Below are positions 27,733-36,593 of a stretch of 64,000 bases of DNA, piece after piece; position 1 is the stretch's first letter, and each line of letters starts with the position of its first letter. The position numbers and the translations under genes were made by a program. This stretch comes from a bacterium (lineage in GTDB: Bacteria > Bacillota_I > Bacilli_A > RF39 > UBA660): the NCBI GenBank assembly GCA_022779465.1, contig JALFTB010000003.1:638-64637 (forward strand), written 5' to 3'. Below the pieces are notes generated by a model. It was not told the DNA's origin. It was given only the letters and a program-made list of their open reading frames with translations, and ran no database searches.

Positions 27733-28627
27733 AATAATTGGTCGAAGCTTTATTAACGCATGTAAAAGTATTGCTCGTAACTTTAGTTTAAGTATCGCTT
27801 CAATAACCTGTACAATCATAACTTTAATATTAGTATCAATTGGTTTCTTAATCTCATATAACGTTAATAATATTACAAAAGAAATCGAACAAGAACTAAC
27901 CATCGTGGTTTTTATGGATAAAAGTGTAACCAAAGAAGAACTAAGTAATACCAAAGAACTACTTGAAAAAACTGACAATATTAAAAAAGTAACATATAAA
28001 TCAAAAGAAGATATTAAAAATCAAATGGCTAACGAAAATGAAACATTTGCTAAAATAATCGCAACTTGGGATGAAAATGAAAACCCTTTACAAGATTCTT
28101 ATATTATTGAAGTAAAAGATGTTAAAGATATTAATGAAACTGTAACAACCATTAAAAACATTGATAAAGTAGATATCGTTAAATATGGTGAATCAATGGT
28201 TAATGAATTAATTAAAGTATTTGATTATGTTAAAAATGGAACTATTATCTTAGTAGTAGGGCTTATTTTAGTAACTGTATTCTTAATAAATAATACAATT
28301 AAAATAACAATCTTTAGTCGTAAAAAAGAAATTGATATTATGCGTTTAGTCGGAACAAGTAACACTGTAATAAAATTACCATTCCTAATCGAAGGATTCT
28401 TAATTGGAATGATAGGATCAATAATACCTATCTTAGTAACAATATTTGGTTATAGCTTTGCTTATAATGCATTAGATATTGCTGGCTTATCAAATATCAT
28501 GAGTGTTATAAAATTAGTTAATCCTAATGATGTTGTATATATGACCTCATTACTAATCTTTATTATCGGATCAGTAGTAGGTATGTTTGGTAGCGTTAGA
28601 GCCGTTAGAAAGTACTTAACAATATGA
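27719..28627 (+). CDS. ftsX: Cell division permease FtsX
   Basis: Four TMs, NPL, NTIKITIFSRKKEIDIMRLVG and PFLIEG. Confidence 0.93.
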   Translation: MRIFRIIGRSFINACKSIARNFSLSIASITCTIITLILVSIGFLISYNVNNITKEIEQELTIVVFMDKSVTKEELSNTKELLEKTDNIKKVTYKSKEDIKNQMANENETFAKIIATWDENENPLQDSYIIEVKDVKDINETVTTIKNIDKVDIVKYGESMVNELIKVFDYVKNGTIILVVGLILVTVFLINNTIKITIFSRKKEIDIMRLVGTSNTVIKLPFLIEGFLIGMIGSIIPILVTIFGYSFAYNALDIAGLSNIMSVIKLVNPNDVVYMTSLLIFIIGSVVGMFGSVRAVRKYLTI

Positions 28628-29829
28628 GAAAGAAACTAACTAAATATTTAATCTTTACTCTTTCCTTAATGCTATTTATTATGCCAACAGTTAATGCTAG
28701 TGACGCTAATACTTTAGCTGAATTAAGAAAAGAACTAAACACTTTAAAAAATAAAAAGAAAACTCAAGATAACGCTAAAAAACAAACTAAAAACCAAATA
28801 AGTAGTGCTAAAAATAATATTTTCTCATCACAACAAGCTATTGAAACTGGCAAAAAACAAATCGAAGCATCAAAAAAAGAAATTGAAACGTTAACTGATG
28901 AAATAAATTCAACCAAAGGAAGCATTAAAAAATTAATGAACTCTTACCAAGTAATGGAAGGAGAAAACATCTATTTAGATTATGTTTTTAATGCTGATAG
29001 TTATGCTGATTTAGTTTATAGATATTCACTAGTAAAACAAATCTTAAACTATAATAATGATCAAATTGAAGACTGGGAATCAAAAGTTAAATATAATGAA
29101 GATTTACAAAAAGACTTAGCAAATAAAGAAGTACAACTTAATAAAAGCATTTCTAATCTAGAGAAACAATTAGACTCTCTAGGAACTCAGTTAGATGAAA
29201 TTACGGAAATATCAATGGATATTCAAGAACAAATAGATGGTGTTGCCGATCTAATTAAATATTATGAAAGTCTAGGATGTAAAGAAAACGAGAATCTAGA
29301 TCAATGTGTTAGTGTTAGAGGTGACACCAGATTTAGAAAACCATTAACTAAAGGAACAATTACAAGTTATTATGGTTATCGTATTCATCCAATTTATAAT
29401 TACAAGAAATTCCATAGTGGAGTAGACATTGGTGGCAATAAAGAAGGTACTAATGTCTATGCAACCGCCAATGGTCAAGTAGGTATGATTATTGATAAAA
29501 CCTATAAAAAGATTTGTGGAGGTCGTCAAGTTTATATTTATCATACAATTAATGGTAAAAAATACACCTCAGCATACCTACATTTATTATCAATCAATGT
29601 TAAAGTAGGAGACAGTGTTACAAGTAATACTGTAATTGGTAAAGTAGGTGGAGGTAAAAAAACACAAAGTTGGGAAAAATGTTCAACTGGAGCTCACTTG
29701 CACTTTACTTTAGCTGAAGGATGGTATGGAAGAACATATTCATCTTATAGTACCTTCTTAGCTAAAACATTTGACCCTCAAAAAACCTTAAAATTACCAA
29801 ATAAAAATACATATTGGTATAGTAGATAA
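28624..29829 (+). CDS. FtsEX-associated coiled-coil M23 peptidase (EnvC-like architecture)
   Basis: Signal peptide, long coiled coil, and an intact M23 site (HSGVD, YLHL, STGAHLHF). Confidence 0.88.
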   Translation: MRKKLTKYLIFTLSLMLFIMPTVNASDANTLAELRKELNTLKNKKKTQDNAKKQTKNQISSAKNNIFSSQQAIETGKKQIEASKKEIETLTDEINSTKGSIKKLMNSYQVMEGENIYLDYVFNADSYADLVYRYSLVKQILNYNNDQIEDWESKVKYNEDLQKDLANKEVQLNKSISNLEKQLDSLGTQLDEITEISMDIQEQIDGVADLIKYYESLGCKENENLDQCVSVRGDTRFRKPLTKGTITSYYGYRIHPIYNYKKFHSGVDIGGNKEGTNVYATANGQVGMIIDKTYKKICGGRQVYIYHTINGKKYTSAYLHLLSINVKVGDSVTSNTVIGKVGGGKKTQSWEKCSTGAHLHFTLAEGWYGRTYSSYSTFLAKTFDPQKTLKLPNKNTYWYSR

Positions 29830-29898
29830 TAAGCAGTAGATAAATAATTCTATTGCTTTTTTATTACTCATCTGCTAAACTAATAATAGAATAAAGGG

Positions 29899-30792
29899 AT
29901 GACAAAAATGGATAAATTAAGAAATATTTTAGATACAATTTATAATACCGAACATGGAATGTTATATTTTTACTTAATCTTAGGAGCAATCGCGTTAATC
30001 TTTGTTGTATTAATTATTATTACTATAGTTAAAGCTAAAAAAGAAGATAAAATCTTAAAAGAAGTTGAAAAAAACAATCCAGCTTTAAAAAGTGAACCAC
30101 AAGAAGAAGTAAAAGAACCTGTAAAAGTAGAACTTAAAGAAGAACCAACCGAAGAAATTAAAGAAGAACAAGAAGAATATGAACCAGAATATTATTCTGA
30201 AACTCAAATCTTTAATAAAGTATTAATGGATACTAATAATTATAATAACAATGAAGATTTAACTCCAAGTCCAGTTCAAAATGAAGAAATTCCATTAACT
30301 ATTCCCGAAACAAATGAATTAAATAAACCAGAAACAAACGATTCAGTATATCTAGAACCAGTAAAAGAAGATCTTGAAGATAAATCAATTGGTGAATTAT
30401 TTACAGAAGAATTACCAGTTATATATCCAGAAATGACTGAAGAAGAGTTAAATAAAGAAGAAACACAAGAAGAAACACAAGAAGAAACACCAGTTATTCA
30501 AGATACACCTGTAGTTCTAGAAGAACCTAAAGAAGAAAAGGAAGAAAATAAAGAATTAACTAATACTCAAAGTATTCATATTTCAAATGATGAAATAAAA
30601 GCACGTTTAGCTAAATTAAAAAATTTAAAAAAAGAAGAACCAGCACCTGCTGAAAAAGAAATACCTCTAGAACAATCAGATACTGGTTTAATAAATATTA
30701 TGAGTAATGCAGGTATCAATGATGATATGGAACTTCCAGCTATCAAAGAAGCCCGTAATACCGAAGAAATTGACACAAATAAGACAATATAA
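29899..30792 (+). CDS. Membrane-anchored acidic low-complexity protein
   Basis: One N-terminal TM followed by a Glu/Pro-rich disordered region. Confidence 0.7.
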   Translation: MTKMDKLRNILDTIYNTEHGMLYFYLILGAIALIFVVLIIITIVKAKKEDKILKEVEKNNPALKSEPQEEVKEPVKVELKEEPTEEIKEEQEEYEPEYYSETQIFNKVLMDTNNYNNNEDLTPSPVQNEEIPLTIPETNELNKPETNDSVYLEPVKEDLEDKSIGELFTEELPVIYPEMTEEELNKEETQEETQEETPVIQDTPVVLEEPKEEKEENKELTNTQSIHISNDEIKARLAKLKNLKKEEPAPAEKEIPLEQSDTGLINIMSNAGINDDMELPAIKEARNTEEIDTNKTI

Positions 30793-30837
30793 TTTGTCTT
30801 TTTTTTGTACTTTTGATATACTTAACAAAGGTGATAC

Positions 30838-32754
30838 TTGATGGCAAAATACGATGAAAGTTCAATTACAATATTAGAAGGATTAGAAGCCGTAAGAAAA
30901 AGACCTGGTATGTACATTGGTAGTACCGATAAAAGAGGCTTACATCATCTAGTATGGGAAATAATTGATAACTCAGTAGATGAAATAATAAATGGTTATG
31001 GTAATAAAATAACTGTAAGAATAAATAAAGATGGAAGCATAACTATCGCTGATAATGGACGTGGTGTTCCAACCGGAATGCATAAAAGTGGTAAAAGTAC
31101 TCCCGAAGTAATTTATACAATACTTCATGCTGGTGGTAAATTCGAAACTAATGGTTATAAAGTATCAGGTGGTCTTCACGGAGTAGGTGCCTCAGTAGTT
31201 AACGCTTTAAGCGATTGGATGGAAGTAACAATTTTAAGAGATGGCGCTATTCATCAAATTAAATTTAAAGAAGGTGGCAAAGTAGATGTTCCTCTAAAGA
31301 AAATTGGTACAACCAATAAAACCGGAACAATCGTAACCTTTAAACCAAATGCCGAAATATTTAAAAATCTAAGCTTTAGTTACACAACCATCTGTGAAAG
31401 AATGCAAGAAAGTGCTTTCTTACTTAAAGAATTAACTTGTGAAATAGAAGACGTTCCTGATAATAAAAAAGTTTCATACCATTATGAAAATGGTTTAATC
31501 TCATTTGTTGATTACATTAATGAAGATAAAAAAGTCTTACATAAAGTAGTTCCTATTCATGGTACTAAAAATAATATTGAAGTAGATATCGCTCTTCAAT
31601 ATACTGACTCTTATAATGAAAGTATAATATCTTTTGTTAATAATGTTAAAACCATTGATGGTGGAACTCATGAAGTAGGATTTAAAACTGGTATAACCAA
31701 AGCCTTTAATGATTATGCTAGAAATAACAATCTTCTTAAAGCTAAAGATGCTAACTTTGAAGGTAGTGATGTTCGTGAAGGACTAACTGCCGTTATAAAT
31801 TTAAAAATCCCCGAAAATCTTTTACAATTCGAAGGACAAACTAAAGGTAAGTTAGGTACTCCAGAAGCAAGACCTGTCGTTGAATCAATAGTTTATGACA
31901 GCTTAAAATACTACTTAGAAGAAAATAGAGAAATCTCTGTTACAATCATTGATAAAATGAGTAAAAGTAAAATAGCTCGTGAAGCTGCCAGAAAGGCTAG
32001 AGAAGAAGCTCGTAATGGCAAAAGTAAAAAGAATGAAGCACGTAATTTAAGTGGTAAATTAACCCCTCCACAAGCTCGAAATCCTAAAATAAACGAATTA
32101 TTCATCGTCGAAGGAAATTCAGCCGGAGGAACCGCTAAAAAAGCTCGTAACCGTAAATTTCAAGCCATCTTACCATTAAGAGGTAAAATAATTAATACTG
32201 AAAAAGCTTCAACAGCAGATATCTTCAAAAACGAAGAAATAAATACTATGATTCATTGTATTGGAGCAGGGTATGGACCAGACTTTGATATTAAAGATAT
32301 AAATTATGACAAAGTCGTAATCATGACCGATGCCGATGATGATGGTGCCCATATTCAATGCTTACTATTAACATTCTTCTATCGCTTCATGAAACCATTA
32401 ATTGAACATGGTCACTTATATATTGCTATGCCACCTCTTTATAAAGTAGAGTATGGTAATAAACATGAATATTGCTGGACTAATGAAGAATTAAAAGATT
32501 GTACTAAAAACAAAACTAACTATAAAGTTCAAAGATATAAAGGTTTAGGTGAAATGAATCCAACTCCATTATGGGAAACAACAATGGACCCTGAACATCG
32601 TAACTTAATTAAAGTTGATATTTCTGATGCCGTTTTAGCTGAAAAAAGAGTAAGCGTCCTAATGGGAGATGAAGTTGAACCACGTAAAGATTGGATTAAT
32701 GAAAACGTTGAATTCTCCTTAGAAGATGATTACCAAATCGAAACTAAAAGATAA
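30838..32754 (+). CDS. parE: DNA topoisomerase IV subunit B
   Basis: EAVRKRPGMYIGST, LHAGGKF, GLHGVGASVVNALS, PLRGK, DGAHIQ.LLLTFFYR and VLMGD.VEPRK.WI. The last two motifs are ParE-like rather than GyrB-like. Confidence 0.85.
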   Translation: MMAKYDESSITILEGLEAVRKRPGMYIGSTDKRGLHHLVWEIIDNSVDEIINGYGNKITVRINKDGSITIADNGRGVPTGMHKSGKSTPEVIYTILHAGGKFETNGYKVSGGLHGVGASVVNALSDWMEVTILRDGAIHQIKFKEGGKVDVPLKKIGTTNKTGTIVTFKPNAEIFKNLSFSYTTICERMQESAFLLKELTCEIEDVPDNKKVSYHYENGLISFVDYINEDKKVLHKVVPIHGTKNNIEVDIALQYTDSYNESIISFVNNVKTIDGGTHEVGFKTGITKAFNDYARNNNLLKAKDANFEGSDVREGLTAVINLKIPENLLQFEGQTKGKLGTPEARPVVESIVYDSLKYYLEENREISVTIIDKMSKSKIAREAARKAREEARNGKSKKNEARNLSGKLTPPQARNPKINELFIVEGNSAGGTAKKARNRKFQAILPLRGKIINTEKASTADIFKNEEINTMIHCIGAGYGPDFDIKDINYDKVVIMTDADDDGAHIQCLLLTFFYRFMKPLIEHGHLYIAMPPLYKVEYGNKHEYCWTNEELKDCTKNKTNYKVQRYKGLGEMNPTPLWETTMDPEHRNLIKVDISDAVLAEKRVSVLMGDEVEPRKDWINENVEFSLEDDYQIETKR

Positions 32755-32766
32755 AAAAAGAGAGAC

Positions 32767-33318
32767 CTAAATCTCTCTCATAAGATCCTTATTTTTATAA
32801 GGATTTTTTTTATCAATTTTATCAACAAATAAGATACCATCTAAATGATCTAATTCATGTTGAAAAGCTACTGCCATATCTTCACGAACTCTAATATCAT
32901 ATAGATCACCATTTTCATCATAAGCTTCTACAGTTATTCTTGCATGTCTAGGCACAATACCTTCAACCTCACGGTTAACACTTAAACAACCTTCACCTTC
33001 ACCAACATAAATTAATTCTTCACTCACACTTTTAACACGAGGATTAATTACAACATATCTATTAAATTTACCTTCTTCAATCTCCTCAGACACTACAAAT
33101 ATTCTTTTTAAAATACCTATTTGTACAAAAGATAAACCCATACCTGGTCTTAAATCATACTTTTCACTATATTCTTCAATTTGACTCATCTCCAAATAAG
33201 TTAAAGAATCATCAATTAACTTTTTAGTTTCTTCATCTAATGGAAAAGTAACATTACTAGATTTCTTATGCAATATCTTATTAGATTCATCTAAAATCTT
33301 AAAATTTGGTAATTCCAT
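32767..33318 (-). CDS. def: Peptide deformylase
   Basis: GMGLSFVQIG, EGCLSV and QHELDHLDG. Confidence 0.93.
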   Translation of the reverse strand: MELPNFKILDESNKILHKKSSNVTFPLDEETKKLIDDSLTYLEMSQIEEYSEKYDLRPGMGLSFVQIGILKRIFVVSEEIEEGKFNRYVVINPRVKSVSEELIYVGEGEGCLSVNREVEGIVPRHARITVEAYDENGDLYDIRVREDMAVAFQHELDHLDGILFVDKIDKKNPYKNKDLMREI

Positions 33319-33389
33319 AAAATAGGCACCCCTTTCAATAACGTATATAGTTTAACAAAAAAGTCAAAAAAAATAAAGAGTAAACTCTC

Positions 33390-33677
33390 TTATATCTTAA
33401 AAAAATCCCCAATTTTATAGTTTTTAGCTGCAAATTTAGGTAATTCTAACGTATGCTTAGATTTCCTCAAGAAAATAATTTTGTTAGGAGAAACATTAAA
33501 ATAAACCTCTCTAACAACCATATTCTTATCTAAACCAACAATATCTATCGACTCCTTCATAAAAAAAGTATGAATAGAGTTAACATTCCTAAAAAATAAA
33601 CCATAATCAATATGTTCTTTTCCCATAAAACCAATAAGTTTATCTTTAAACGTTTTAGCTTCAACAATCCTTAACAT
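33390..33677 (-). CDS. DUF192-family protein
   Basis: A.TF.DKLIGFM, SIHTFFMK..IDIV.LD and LELP motifs. Confidence 0.8.
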   Translation of the reverse strand: MLRIVEAKTFKDKLIGFMGKEHIDYGLFFRNVNSIHTFFMKESIDIVGLDKNMVVREVYFNVSPNKIIFLRKSKHTLELPKFAAKNYKIGDFFKI

Positions 33678-33706
33678 TTACTCACCACTATAATTATATA
33701 ATATAA

Positions 33707-33735
33707 TTGACAAATTAACAAAAAAATATGATAAT
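33707..33735 (+). promoter_or_regulatory. Sigma-A-type promoter for the Flp pilin
   Basis: TTGACA-N17-GATAAT. Confidence 0.55.
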
Positions 33736-33753
33736 AATAATAGGTGAACGCTA

Positions 33754-33975
33754 ATGAAAAGATTAAACCACAAGGGACAAGCCCTAGTCGAATATGTAGT
33801 AATCATTGGAGTTGTAACAGTACTAATAATCGCATTAGTAAATTATTTTGGCGGTTTCTTAAAAGATGCCATAACCAAAACCTCATGTCCAATTGTTGGT
33901 CAAGAATATGTTCCTGGAGATAAACCAGGAGAAGGAAAATGCGAACTAGTAAAAGATAAATCTATATTTGATTAA
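33754..33975 (+). CDS. flp: Flp family type IVb/c (Tad) pilin
   Basis: KG|QALVEY prepilin cleavage and Flp motif, followed by a hydrophobic helix; C-terminal Cys pair. Confidence 0.85.
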   Translation: MKRLNHKGQALVEYVVIIGVVTVLIIALVNYFGGFLKDAITKTSCPIVGQEYVPGDKPGEGKCELVKDKSIFD

Positions 33976-33976
33976 G

Positions 33977-34001
33977 AAATACTAAAATTAGTATTTTTTT
34001 T
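33977..34001 (+). terminator. Intrinsic terminator after flp
   Basis: AAATACTAA-aa-TTAGTATTT hairpin plus Ts. Confidence 0.65.
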
Positions 34002-34002
34002 A

Positions 34003-34095
34003 TTGACTAAAAATCTATAATTTGTTAAAATTAAAGTCCACATCTAAAGTATAAGTATACACAAATTTGACAAAAGCTCTTAATTATGCTATAAT
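34003..34095 (+). promoter_or_regulatory. Tandem sigma-A promoters
   Basis: TTGACT-N17-TAAAAT (34003-34031) and TTGACA-N17-TATAAT (34067-34095), both with a TG extended -10. Confidence 0.75.
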
Positions 34096-34128
34096 GTAGC
34101 CACATTAAGAGTTTAGGGGGTTATTATT

Positions 34129-34548
34129 ATGAAAGGATTTATTCTAGATTATATTAACGAAAATGAATATAAAAAGTTAGAAAGAGCATTAAAGAAATAC
34201 AATATGCTTGCTTTTAAGAAATTAAACTTTGAATATTATCCATCGTTAAGAAATGGTAAGTTTTTAGGAGAACTTATTTCTAAAAATAAAAAAGAAAATA
34301 CAGAAACTTATGAATTAAAATTACCAAGTGACCATATGTTTAGTCAAGTTCATGGTGATATTAAATTACATTATATTGTTTATAAAAAAGAAAATATAGT
34401 TATGCTAGATACAATTACACCTTCAGATATTTTATTAGAAGGTCATATGGCTGAATTAACTACATATAAAGGTGTTATGATTAGTAAAGCTAACGCTGAA
34501 AAAGATATGTTTAAAATTGATCTATTAAATATGTTACAAAATAAGTAG
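34129..34548 (+). CDS. Hypothetical protein (possible RelE/ParE-like fold)
   Basis: 139-aa ORF with a GGGG RBS; the YELKLP..GDIKLHYIV...IVMLDTI pattern is only weakly RelE-like. Confidence 0.6.
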   Translation: MKGFILDYINENEYKKLERALKKYNMLAFKKLNFEYYPSLRNGKFLGELISKNKKENTETYELKLPSDHMFSQVHGDIKLHYIVYKKENIVMLDTITPSDILLEGHMAELTTYKGVMISKANAEKDMFKIDLLNMLQNK

Positions 34549-34780
34549 TAATGAATAAACTCATTACTATTTTTTTTAATACTATCTTTTGTAATAATTA
34601 TCATTCTTTTATTATTTATAGTATTAATATAAAAGAAATCCACCTAACTCAGCAATGATTTAGGTGGAACCAACTTAAATTGGCAACACTCAACATGCAA
34701 AAATTGGATGTTCCTTTTTTTAATTTATGCAAAATTAATTGCTAAATGCATAATACAATAAAATATTATTTTTATCAATA

Positions 34781-34802
34781 AAAAAACTTGCCTAAGCAAG
34801 TT
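34781..34802 (-). terminator. Terminator of the tRNA pair
   Basis: AACTTGC/GCAAGTT hairpin followed by a T-run on the minus strand. Confidence 0.7.
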
Positions 34803-34812
34803 AATTATCAGA

Positions 34813-34897
34813 TGGTGCAGGTAACAGGACTTGAACCTGCACGAATTGCTTCACTAGATCCTAAGTCTAGCGCGTCTGCCAATTCCGCCATACCTGC
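34813..34897 (-). tRNA. tRNA-Leu (TAG)
   Basis: Reverse complement GCAGGTATGGCGGAATTGGCAGACGCGCTAGACTTAGGATCTAG...GGTTCAAGTCC...ACCA; long variable arm; encoded CCA. Confidence 0.95.
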
Positions 34898-34905
34898 AAA
34901 AAAAA

Positions 34906-34982
34906 TGGTGGATCTTGTAGGACTCGAACCTACGACCAACCGGTTATGAGCCGGGAGCTCTAACCAACTGAGCTAAAGATCC
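34906..34982 (-). tRNA. tRNA with CAT anticodon, most likely tRNA-Ile2 (lysidine-modified)
   Basis: Reverse complement GGATCTTTAGCTCAGTTGGTTAGAGCTCCCGGCTCATAACCGGTTGGTCGTAGGTTCGAGTCCTACAAGATCCACCA; the body resembles Firmicutes Ile2 rather than fMet or elongator Met. Confidence 0.9.
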
Positions 34983-35119
34983 ACATGACTTCTTAAATAT
35001 AACATAATAACCAAATAAGTGCAATAATTTTTTGTCAAAAACGTGAAAATTTCTAGATAAACACCCTAAACCATTTTTAAATAATAAAAAAAGAGTTATA
35101 ATAAAAATGTGAGGTAAAA

Positions 35120-36343
35120 ATGAGCAGTAAAAATGAAACAATTTTATATTTAATCTTAATGTTAATAATAGTTATTTTATCTTTAATAATAAAAGTAGGA
35201 ACTTTAAGTACTAATAATCATTATCTATATATAAAAAAAGATACTAAAATAGAAACAGTAGATGTCACATATCCATATTTTAAAAATAATGATATTAATA
35301 TTCAAATAAATAATTATCTAAAAGGTATCAAAAAAGGATATGCTGATAAAATAGATTATCAAATTAATTATGTAGATAAATATGTAAGTATCTTATTTAA
35401 TAAATACACTAAAAACAAAATAACATCTTATGATAGTTTTATCTTTGATCAAGAAGGTAATTCAATAAGTTTAGATAAACTAATAACTAATCAAGGAAAA
35501 CTAAAAGAAATAGTTAAAACTTATATTTTAAATAAAAAACTAAATATTAATCCAGATAAATTAGTATTTAATAATTATAAATATTTTCTTAAAGATAATT
35601 CACTAGAACTTATTTTAACTGAAGATAACAAAATCGATAAATTTGATATTAACTATAATGAATTAAAAGAAGTAATCAACCTTAAATTTAAAGAAGACAC
35701 TGATTACGTTCCTATGACTACTACTAAAGTTAATTATGACAAAGTAATCTCCTTTACTTTTGATGATGGACCAAGTAAATACACATCAGAGATTATGGAT
35801 GTCTTAGATGAATATGGTTATAAAGCAACATTCTTTCAAGTAGGTTATATGATTAGACCTCAAAGTGATATTGTTAAAGAAGTAGTTGAACGTGGTTTTG
35901 AAGTAGGAAATCATACAACAGATCATTCAAATTTAAATAAATTAAAACCAGATAAAGCTAAATCAAAACTAACTGATAATAATGATTTATTTTATAGTAT
36001 AACTGGTCAAACAATGGAATTAATAAGACCACCATATGGTTTAGCAAATGACAAAATAAAAGCCGTTATCGATAAACCTATTATTAAATGGAGTGTTGAT
36101 ACCAGAGATTGGGAAAGCAGAAATACCGAAAAAATCGTCGAATTAACTAAAGCTCAAACTAAAGATGGTGATATTATCCTTTTCCATGATTTATATAAAA
36201 CAACACTTGAAGCAGTAAAAATCTTAGTTCCATACTTCCATGAACAAGGTTATAACATTGTTACAGTTTCAGAATTATATAAACAAAAAGGTATAACTCT
36301 AGAACCTCAAAAAGTATATTATAAAGCTAAAGTATCTTCATAA
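35120..36343 (+). CDS. Membrane-anchored polysaccharide/peptidoglycan deacetylase (CE4, PgdA-like)
   Basis: TFDDGP, NHTTDH, RPPYG, WSVDTRDW and ILFHD. Confidence 0.92.
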   Translation: MSSKNETILYLILMLIIVILSLIIKVGTLSTNNHYLYIKKDTKIETVDVTYPYFKNNDINIQINNYLKGIKKGYADKIDYQINYVDKYVSILFNKYTKNKITSYDSFIFDQEGNSISLDKLITNQGKLKEIVKTYILNKKLNINPDKLVFNNYKYFLKDNSLELILTEDNKIDKFDINYNELKEVINLKFKEDTDYVPMTTTKVNYDKVISFTFDDGPSKYTSEIMDVLDEYGYKATFFQVGYMIRPQSDIVKEVVERGFEVGNHTTDHSNLNKLKPDKAKSKLTDNNDLFYSITGQTMELIRPPYGLANDKIKAVIDKPIIKWSVDTRDWESRNTEKIVELTKAQTKDGDIILFHDLYKTTLEAVKILVPYFHEQGYNIVTVSELYKQKGITLEPQKVYYKAKVSS

Positions 36344-36370
36344 GATACTTTTTTTATCATAAAATTTATT

Positions 36371-36568
36371 ATGCAAAGATTAATCAAAATAATCATATAT
36401 TTATTTCTAATTAGTTATTCATTAATGTTTTGGATTATCTATCTAAATACATTTATCATTGGTGGTAATCTTTTAAATTACCTAAAAGAAATATTTACTC
36501 ACATTGAAACATTACTTATTTTTCCAAGTATATTTTTGCTTATCATTACTTTACAACAAAAAAATTAA
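36371..36568 (+). CDS. Small two-TM membrane protein
   Basis: 65-aa hydrophobic ORF filling the intergenic gap. Confidence 0.5.
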   Translation: MQRLIKIIIYLFLISYSLMFWIIYLNTFIIGGNLLNYLKEIFTHIETLLIFPSIFLLIITLQQKN

Positions 36569-36593
36569 ATGTTATCATTTAAAAGGTGATAGC

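Noticed and set aside
30838-32754. gyrB
   Set aside because: The C-terminal motifs (GAHIQ.LLLTFFYR, MGD.VEPRK.WI) fit ParE better, and there is no dnaA/recF/gyrA context.
3861-35000. Complete ICE integrated at the tRNA-Leu/Ile2 pair or after dnaI
   Set aside because: No integrase, excisionase or relaxase is visible, I noticed no duplicated tRNA 3' end, and core genes (ftsEX, parE, def) lie between the T4SS and the tRNAs.
34944-35141. 65-aa minus-strand ORF
   Set aside because: It overlaps the tRNA (CAT) gene and its promoter region; spurious.
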